A stretch of 64,000 nt of DNA from Candidatus Undinarchaeales archaeon (GTDB lineage Archaea > SpSt-1190 > JASMDC01): NCBI GenBank assembly GCA_030753015.1, contig JASMDC010000008.1:47645-111644 (forward strand), read 5' to 3'. This document shows positions 57,709-64,000 of this stretch, in pieces. The translations under genes were made by a program, and so were the position numbers. The stretch's first letter is position 1. Each line of letters starts with the position of its first letter. A model generated the notes under the pieces. It did not search any database, was not told where the DNA came from, and worked only from the letters and a program-made list of their open reading frames with translations.

Positions 57709-58053
57709 ATGAAGCCACCATGCGAGATCGTGACCATGCACATCCTCCCCGCGGTCAGGGCTTCCTTGTCGCGTACGCTTGTTGAGAAGCATGGGATGAA
57801 GCGTGCAGTCGTCGCCAAGCGATTGGGCGTCACCCAAGCCGCTGTGACACAGTATTTCAAAGCGGTGAGGGGCACCCGGAACAAGGCTCTCATCAACGAG
57901 AACTTCAGTGACCTCATCGATGAGATCGCCGCCCGCATCGCACGGGGTGAGGGTGAGCTCGAGACAATCTGCGGTCTCTGCAGGACCATCCGCAGTAATG
58001 AGCGATTCAAGCAGTTCCTTGAGCAGGACCACTGCGACCTGTGCACGGAGTAG
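57709..58053 (+). CDS. Archaeal HTH transcriptional regulator (COG2522-like, Cys-containing)
   Basis: PPCE...ILPAVR, LGVTQAAVTQY....RG, CGLC, CDLC. Confidence 0.88.
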   Translation: MKPPCEIVTMHILPAVRASLSRTLVEKHGMKRAVVAKRLGVTQAAVTQYFKAVRGTRNKALINENFSDLIDEIAARIARGEGELETICGLCRTIRSNERFKQFLEQDHCDLCTE

Positions 58054-58056
58054 GCC

Positions 58057-58809
58057 ATGCTGAAGCGGGATAAAAAGCGAGAGGCACCACCTGACGCTCG
58101 CGGGGATGGTGTTGCTGTCCTCTTCTCCGGGGGAGTCGACTCGACAACAGTGGCCGTGCTGGCCGCCGAGCGGTTCAAGCAGGTCCACCTCCTCACCTTC
58201 AATACGGGTTTCCTCTACAACATGGACCTCTCCCGTAAGCACGTTGGCACCCTTAAGGAGCTCTTCGGTGATGATGCCATACGTCACGAGTTCATCGACA
58301 TCCGGCGCATCTGGCGCGCCGTCCAACGCACGAACGTCACAAAGGGCCTGCGGCGCTACCGCTCATGGTTCATCCTGTGCATGGGGTGCAAGCTGACCAT
58401 GCACGCAGCCACCATCCGTTACTGTCGTGAGCACGGGATCCACACCGCCTATGGCGGCGAGAACGTGTGCCAGGACCAGTATCCCGAGCAGAAGCAGGCC
58501 ATCCTCGAAGAGCTCCAGAACCTGTACCAGGACTACAGCATCACATACGAGTCGCCGGTGTACGACTACACGTCGATGGAGGAGGATACCAAGCTCCAGG
58601 CCCTCGGGTTCCGGCTCGGACATCACCTCAAGCTCTTCCCTAATACAAAGGGTTCCTATCACGGCACTCAACCATTCTGCCTCTCCTTCCCCCTCTATCC
58701 TTTCGCAAACGCTTTCCCACCAGAGGACACTCCCGTCGTCGAGTACCTCCGAGAGCACCTTCCCCGGGCTCGAGCGTACATCGAGGACGGTCATCCGGGT
58801 GATGATTGA
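58057..58809 (+). CDS. PP-loop ATPase, QueC/ThiI/MnmA-like, paralog B
   Basis: FSGGVDS, VHLLT, CMGCKLTMH, PEQ, QPFC. Confidence 0.82.
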   Translation: MLKRDKKREAPPDARGDGVAVLFSGGVDSTTVAVLAAERFKQVHLLTFNTGFLYNMDLSRKHVGTLKELFGDDAIRHEFIDIRRIWRAVQRTNVTKGLRRYRSWFILCMGCKLTMHAATIRYCREHGIHTAYGGENVCQDQYPEQKQAILEELQNLYQDYSITYESPVYDYTSMEEDTKLQALGFRLGHHLKLFPNTKGSYHGTQPFCLSFPLYPFANAFPPEDTPVVEYLREHLPRARAYIEDGHPGDD

Positions 58810-59130
58810 ATGCCGTGCTGTGGCGTATCTCCCGACACGAACACGCCGTTCACGCGACTCTTCGTTTTCGTGCTCGGACTCTTCCTCAGCTTCCTGGCAC
58901 TCGTGAGGCCCGGGTACGGTACGCTTGCAAAGAACGCCTATGCCTACGTTTTCAAGGGTACGGACATGGAGCGGCGGGTGAAGTGCAAGCTCACCGGCCA
59001 GCTCATGCCCCGGTACCCGCGCCTGGCCAGCTACGTCTACAAGAGCTACGAGGTGAACTTCCTACGGGCGTCGGTTGTTGGGATGTTCGCTCTGGTCGTC
59101 CTCGTTCGTCAGGCACTGGTGACGTTGTGA
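58810..59130 (+). CDS. Small membrane protein with N-terminal CCG motif, paralog B
   Basis: MPCCGV, TM helix, PGY, KCKLTG.LM...P.....VY..Y, TM helix. The stop codon is supplied by the IS relic end. Confidence 0.75.
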   Translation: MPCCGVSPDTNTPFTRLFVFVLGLFLSFLALVRPGYGTLAKNAYAYVFKGTDMERRVKCKLTGQLMPRYPRLASYVYKSYEVNFLRASVVGMFALVVLVRQALVTL

Positions 59131-59636
59131 CTTCCTCTCACCGATGAATCGGTGGGCTTCCTGCTTCACAGCCCCTCCCAACGGAGATGGCTCCACGGGC
59201 TCTACCCCTCTGCCCGAGGGTGACTCTATCCTGACCGTTGATAGCTCCGTCTAAGACTCTTTCCATTACGAAACGCATCACGTCGTGAGCATGCCCCATA
59301 ATGTTCATTGAGAACCACAAGCTCGGCCGATCTGCCAGCATTTTCAGCTTTGCTCATCGTAGACCGGATGTGGTTTCTCCAGGGCGTGTCCCTATCGACA
59401 ATATTCAATGGTCGTCCTTGACATCCACCCCCATTATGTAATAGGTCGTACACCATTATATATTGCATGAGGGTGGCGTGCCAGTATTCAATTTTTTCCT
59501 GAAAGAATATTATGAAATTAATACTATTTAGAGCTGATCTCGGGTCGCCGGGTTATATATTCGTGTTCGCCCACCTATGACGGGATGCGATTCATCCAAC
59601 GGTTGAAACACGGGGGATTTCTCGCTCGAACACGTT
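59127..59636 (-). mobile_element. Non-autonomous IS200/IS605 relic (510 bp) with a decayed tnpB fragment
   Basis: Right end is GAAG + hairpin (CACCGA-TTCA-TCGGTG) ... TCAC. Left end is TTAG|AACGTGTTCGAGCGAG-AAAT + hairpin. The remnant PWRNHIRSTMSKAENAGR resembles TnpB W..F...L.YKAE.AG. Confidence 0.8.
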
Positions 59637-59644
59637 CTAACGAC

Positions 59645-60679
59645 TCACGCACCGATGTAGCGGGCATAGAGCGAGCGTGCAATGCTCGGATCATCGGTCC
59701 CACGGACGAGGGCTCGGCCGTCCCTGAACACCACCAGCTCGTGCTCAGCGAGTGCGAGGGTGAGCGTGTGTTCTGTCAACCGCACCTCACCAAGGCCCTG
59801 GAGACGCTCCGAGAGCTCCGGAAGGGATAGTTCCCCTGATTTGGCCGGAGTCACCTGCACCATCCGTCGACCGCACAGGACAGTGGTCAGACCGGTCCGT
59901 CCGCCCTCAAGGAACTCGAACCGCCCCTCTCCGCAGCATCCGCATCGAGGGTCCCGTGCGACCTCCACTCGCCGCAGCTCACGTCGCCAGGCATCGTAGA
60001 CGACCAGGTCACGGTCGATGTCTTCCCAACCCAGGATGAGCTTGAGTGCTTCGGTGGTCTCCAGTGCGCCGATCACCAGGGGAAGGGTGTTGAGCACACC
60101 GACGCGGTCGCACGTGTCGAGCGAGCCCGGTGGGGGCAGGGAGGGCAGACAGCACCGTAGGCAGGGCGTGTTTCCCGGGACTATGGTCAGGGTCATCCCC
60201 AGGGTGGCCACGGCACCACCGTACACCCATGGGACACCATGTTTTACACACGCGTCGTTGAGGAGGAACCGGCTCTCGAGGTTGTCGGTGCCATCTACGA
60301 CAACGTCCATTCCGACAAGGAGGTCCTCCACGGTGGCAGGGCCAACATCCTTGACGATACCCTCCACGACCACGTCATGGTTTACGGTCTGGAGGCGCTC
60401 GACCGCAGCGACTGCCTTAGGCGAACCTACGTCGCTCTCATCGAACAGTACCTGACGCTGAAGGTTGCTCAGCTCCACAAGGTCACGGTCGACTAGCCGT
60501 ACATGGCCCACGCCCGCCCTGACAAGGGCGGAGGCCACGACCGTGCCCAAGGCACCGACACCGATGATCAATACAGATCCACGAGCGAGCCGTTCCTGTC
60601 CCTCGGCACCGATCTCGGGGAGGATTACCTGCCTTCCGTACCTTTCCTCGGACGGTCGGGGACCATCGGTACTCGACAT
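59645..60679 (-). CDS. MoeB/ThiF (E1-like) adenylyltransferase with a C-terminal extra domain
   Basis: RYGRQ, GVGALG, DRDLVELSNLQRQ, DGTDN, CLRC, TCDRVG, CGCC. Confidence 0.93.
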   Translation of the reverse strand: MSSTDGPRPSEERYGRQVILPEIGAEGQERLARGSVLIIGVGALGTVVASALVRAGVGHVRLVDRDLVELSNLQRQVLFDESDVGSPKAVAAVERLQTVNHDVVVEGIVKDVGPATVEDLLVGMDVVVDGTDNLESRFLLNDACVKHGVPWVYGGAVATLGMTLTIVPGNTPCLRCCLPSLPPPGSLDTCDRVGVLNTLPLVIGALETTEALKLILGWEDIDRDLVVYDAWRRELRRVEVARDPRCGCCGEGRFEFLEGGRTGLTTVLCGRRMVQVTPAKSGELSLPELSERLQGLGEVRLTEHTLTLALAEHELVVFRDGRALVRGTDDPSIARSLYARYIGA

Positions 60680-60783
60680 GATGCTCATAAGTAGGAGGAA
60701 CAGGGATAAAAACATGGCCTTTAACGCCTTTCCTCGCTCGGGCCCAAGCGAAAAGTCCTAAAACCTTCCCCTCCTGCGACGGG

Positions 60784-61968
60784 ATGATGGCGCCACAGGG
60801 GACCGTGCTCGTGCGATATGGTGAGCTCGCGCTGAAGAAGGGCAGTATCCGCACCGGTTTCGAGCGGGAGCTCGTCCACAACATCAAGCGCCTCCTTGAG
60901 CACAAGGGCATCGACGGGAAGGTCTCACGGGACCGTGGACGCGTGTTCATCGCCACTGATGAGCCACGTGCGGCGGCCGAGGCGACCTCACGCGTGTTCG
61001 GCGTCACATCATGCTCCGTCGTCGAGACCTGTGGCGTCGAGATGGATGTCATCGTTGACGCTGTCGCCTCCTTCGCAGCGGAACACCTCCCCGCCGACAC
61101 CTCGTTCGCTGTCCGGGCCCGCCGCGCCGGTAGTCACTCGTTCACCAGCATCGATGTCGGGAAGGCCGTCGGCCAGGGCATACGCGACGCACGGCCGGAC
61201 CTCACAGTCGACCTGGAGGCACCGGCGAGCGAGGTGTTCGTAGAAGTGCGACAGAAAGAAGCGTACTACTTCTTGGACCGAGTGGAGGGCCCCGGCGGTC
61301 TCCCCCTTGCCACCCAGGGCAGGACCGCGGTCCTAATCTCCGGGGGTATCGACTCGCCCGTTGCCGCATGGCTCATGATGAAGCGTGGTTGTGTCCCCGT
61401 CTTCGTCCACTTCGTGCTCGATCCCTTCTCCGACATGGCCAACCGCGACCGCGCGGTGGACATGTGCCATCGCCTAAAAAGCTGGGCCATCGGCCGCAAG
61501 GTCAAGCTCTATCTCGTGCCGCACGGAGAGAATCTCGCCGAGATCGCACGCTCGTGCCCGCATCACCTCCAGTGCGTCCTGTGCCGCAGGATGATGTACC
61601 GCATCTCCGATGTCATCGCAGAGCGCGAGCGTGCTCTCTCGCTCACAACGGGGGAGAGCCTCGGGCAGGTGGCCTCACAGACCGCAGAGAACCTCTTCGT
61701 CGAGAATCGGGTGGCTAATCGACCAGTGTTCCGCCCGCTCATCGGCCTGGACAAGCTCGAGATCATCCGTATCGGTGAGCGCATCGGCACCTTCGAGGTC
61801 TCCAGCAAACCAGCAGGGTGCTGCACGATAACACCTGACCGTCCCGAGAAGCGGGGGAAACTCCCTATCGTCGAGGAGGCGGAGCAGGCGCTGGACATCG
61901 ACGCCCTTGTGAACGCGGCCCTAAAGGGCGCCAAGATCGTCGAAGTGGAGGCCAAGGAATGCGAGTGA
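60784..61968 (+). CDS. thiI: tRNA 4-thiouridine synthase ThiI (THUMP + PP-loop)
   Basis: RYGELALK, GPGGLP, SGGIDSPVA, CVLCRRMM, GESLGQVASQT, RPLIG. Confidence 0.95.
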   Translation: MMAPQGTVLVRYGELALKKGSIRTGFERELVHNIKRLLEHKGIDGKVSRDRGRVFIATDEPRAAAEATSRVFGVTSCSVVETCGVEMDVIVDAVASFAAEHLPADTSFAVRARRAGSHSFTSIDVGKAVGQGIRDARPDLTVDLEAPASEVFVEVRQKEAYYFLDRVEGPGGLPLATQGRTAVLISGGIDSPVAAWLMMKRGCVPVFVHFVLDPFSDMANRDRAVDMCHRLKSWAIGRKVKLYLVPHGENLAEIARSCPHHLQCVLCRRMMYRISDVIAERERALSLTTGESLGQVASQTAENLFVENRVANRPVFRPLIGLDKLEIIRIGERIGTFEVSSKPAGCCTITPDRPEKRGKLPIVEEAEQALDIDALVNAALKGAKIVEVEAKECE

Positions 61969-62234
61969 TCCGCCCCTGCACGTCCAAGGGAGGGTTCGTG
62001 CTCGAGTTCCCCAAAGGCCGGCGCCTTGGTCTGGGCGATGTGAGCGACCTTCTCGCCCCCATTGATGACGCCCAGGTGCTGTCGACGACACCGGTCGTCG
62101 TGATGGCCGATGTCGGCGGTATACGTGTCAGCGTCCACCCCCGCAAGCTCCTGGTGCTGACCCGCGAGAAGGACACGGCCCAGAAGGTTGCCGAGCGGGT
62201 GTACGATGCGCTGTTCCCGACCAGGGAGCCGTGA
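61959..62234 (+). CDS. Small hypothetical protein (RPC..KG motif), overlaps the thiI end
   Basis: Overlaps the thiI 3' end and resembles the MoeB C-terminal domain. Confidence 0.65.
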   Translation: MRVIRPCTSKGGFVLEFPKGRRLGLGDVSDLLAPIDDAQVLSTTPVVVMADVGGIRVSVHPRKLLVLTREKDTAQKVAERVYDALFPTREP

Positions 62235-62242
62235 ACCCTCTC

Positions 62243-63556
62243 CTACATCAGCTCGGGTAATCCGGTCACCAGCATCACGACACCGATGAGCAGGAAGAAC
62301 AGGGTCGCAGCGAGCTTCGTGCCTGCCACGTGCTTCTTGAACAGGTCCTGCATGCTCTTGGAGGTGGTCTCGAGGTAGGCGGCGACGAACACGACGATGA
62401 GCGGGGAGATGAACAGGAGATTGTACAGGACCAGGTAGAACATTGCCTGTGAGCGCAGCTCTGGCACTCCGAGGATGTACACGATGGTGGGCAGGTAGAC
62501 CTGCCCCGTGCAGAGGAACTCGAAGAAGGTGATGCCGAAACCGACGAAGAAGGCGAAGGCCCCAAGGTACTCGGTGCGTGCTGCCGTGCGGACTATGGTG
62601 TGGGTGGCCCGCTTGGCCCATTTGGGCATCTGGAGGGTCATCTCGCTCGGATCACCGTCGCGGGCCCGGCAATAGTCGCGGTACGAGAGGGCTGCGAACA
62701 CCAGGGCCATGACCCCCGTAGCGGGATAGATAAGCGCAGAGATCAGGGTGAACCGCTCGACATAGACGAGCATGTGCTTGAACCAGAGACCCAGTAGAAG
62801 GTTGGCGGAGAAGACGCCCGACGAGTACAGGATGCCTATGAAGAGCACCTCCTTCCCCTTTCGCTGGGTGTAGGCAAGATAGGATATGAAGAAGATTAGA
62901 CCGGCGATGGCACAGGGATTGATACTGTCGACCAGACCTGCTATGATCACTGCCGATGCCGAGAAGCTCATGAAACGACCGATGATGGACTTGCGTCCGG
63001 CCTCGACCCCTCCCATACAGAACACCTCGCACTCGCACGGGACTCCCTCTTCCGGTGCGGTGGATATGCGCTCCTCTAGCCCCGCGCGAACCTCCTCCTC
63101 GCCGATGAAGTGCGCCTGGCCGACATAGAGCGCCGGAACGAATGCCCGCTTGTCATGTGGCACACCGAACTGTGCGTCCATCGCCTCCTTGACCTCGGCG
63201 TTTCTGGGAAGAAGGATGTTCATCTTGTGGACGTAGAGCCGCGGATAGCGGTCCGCGAGCTCCTCGAGGTAGGCAGACACCCGTGCGCACGAGCCGCAGG
63301 TGGGTGAGTAGAAGTAGGAGATGCAGATGCCGTTTGGCGGATAATCCATGGGCTCGTCCGCCACAAGGTCCTGGACGGAGGGACTGGCATCGGTCCCGCA
63401 GGACTCGGCGACGATGGAGCACGCCTCGCCATCGGCAGATTCGGCCGTACTCGTGCCAATATCTGAGGAGGAGGCGATCGCCTCAAGCCCCTGTGCGGCG
63501 GCTGCCGCGGTAGCTAGCAGGAGAACGATCGCGACAAGGACCGCACGTACGACCAC
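62243..63556 (-). CDS. Secreted thioredoxin/glutaredoxin domain fused to a CcdA-like membrane domain
   Basis: Signal peptide, YFYSPTCGSC, VPAL, DSINPCAI, EFLCTGQVYL, YLVLYNLLFISPL. Confidence 0.85.
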   Translation of the reverse strand: MVVRAVLVAIVLLLATAAAAAQGLEAIASSSDIGTSTAESADGEACSIVAESCGTDASPSVQDLVADEPMDYPPNGICISYFYSPTCGSCARVSAYLEELADRYPRLYVHKMNILLPRNAEVKEAMDAQFGVPHDKRAFVPALYVGQAHFIGEEEVRAGLEERISTAPEEGVPCECEVFCMGGVEAGRKSIIGRFMSFSASAVIIAGLVDSINPCAIAGLIFFISYLAYTQRKGKEVLFIGILYSSGVFSANLLLGLWFKHMLVYVERFTLISALIYPATGVMALVFAALSYRDYCRARDGDPSEMTLQMPKWAKRATHTIVRTAARTEYLGAFAFFVGFGITFFEFLCTGQVYLPTIVYILGVPELRSQAMFYLVLYNLLFISPLIVVFVAAYLETTSKSMQDLFKKHVAGTKLAATLFFLLIGVVMLVTGLPELM

Positions 63557-63557
63557 G

Positions 63558-64000
63558 TCAGCAGCCGGCAATGCCGTCACCGATCCCGCACACGATCCTG
63601 CGAAGCTCCTCGTAGGCCGTGTATCCGACCTTGACGCGATCGCAGGCGAACACAAGGGTGGGCGTCGCACGGACCGAGTAACCTCGGGCCATGCTCGTCG
63701 CCTCATCGAACGATTCCTGGCCTACATCATCGATGCACTTCTCCCGGTCGCCCTGCTTGATTGTGATGCAGCGCTTGGTGATGTCGAATCCGCCACCAAG
63801 CTCCTCTTTCAGGCGATCGAGACCGGGCTTCGTCTTCTCACAGGCACCACAAGAGGGCGCGTAGAAGTAGTCCAAGCGTACTGTTCCGGGCTCAAGGCAC
63901 TCGTCGATCCGATCGAGAATCCTGAGCCCGAACGCGTCAATAACGGGAGCGCTACGGCCACCAGGGCCCATGAGGAACACGCCCCCGACGACGACCGCCA
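63558..64000 (-). CDS. Membrane-anchored thioredoxin-fold protein (start probably beyond the window edge)
   Basis: YFYAPSCGAC, VRATPTLV. Confidence 0.8.
   Translation of the reverse strand, partial: AVVVGGVFLMGPGGRSAPVIDAFGLRILDRIDECLEPGTVRLDYFYAPSCGACEKTKPGLDRLKEELGGGFDITKRCITIKQGDREKCIDDVGQESFDEATSMARGYSVRATPTLVFACDRVKVGYTAYEELRRIVCGIGDGIAGC

Noticed and set aside
56119-58809. Calling the PP-loop pair queC
   Set aside because: They lack the QueC YPDC and C-terminal CxxCxxC pattern, and no queD, queE or tgt genes are adjacent.
308-63706. Numerous long antisense or alternate-frame ORFs in the track (e.g. 4987-6192, 11836-12939, 18007-19044, 61563-62621)
   Set aside because: Shadow ORFs expected in high-GC DNA. 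They overlap well-supported genes and lack motifs.
1-64000. CRISPR array, cas genes, rRNA, integrase or prophage
   Set aside because: No repeat-spacer periodicity or recognisable motifs were seen. The tandem repeats found are coding.

Overview
This is a GC-rich, gene-dense archaeal chromosome segment. Archaeal markers include TFB, RpoN, RpoP, L37Ae, L37e, L18e, S8e, S17e, NAC, prefoldin, PAN, LSm and TATA-box promoters. The gene content looks DPANN-like, but the lineage cannot be fixed from this window. The left end holds two large Cys-rich secreted surface proteins, one of 2293 aa with an archaeosortase-like tail. Next come a form III RuBisCO with an N-terminal extension, a GH57/GH119-like hydrolase, a tnpB-only IS200/IS605 element, an HPS-PHI fusion, PAN, and a HEPN/MNT pair between two diverged ~220-bp repeats. 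A complete bacterial-type PNPase, a core informational cluster with tRNA-Pro and a YyaL-CcdA fusion follow. Further right are a COG1361/MacB-type export locus with two membrane-tethered HTH regulators, an SPP-like HAD plus GH32 pair, secDF and an intron-containing tRNA-Lys. Two box C/D sRNAs lie at 30.7 and 48.1 kb. At the right end is an unexplained divergent locus of two paralogous Cys-motif PP-loop ATPases, each paired with a paralogous CCG membrane protein. That locus sits next to a 510-bp IS200/IS605 relic, moeB/thiF, thiI and thioredoxin/CcdA genes. Several real genes are missing from the ORF track (left-edge ORF, pcc1, rpoP, rps17e, small peptides), and two of them lack an ATG/GTG/TTG start. 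All calls come from reading motifs by eye; no database searches were run.
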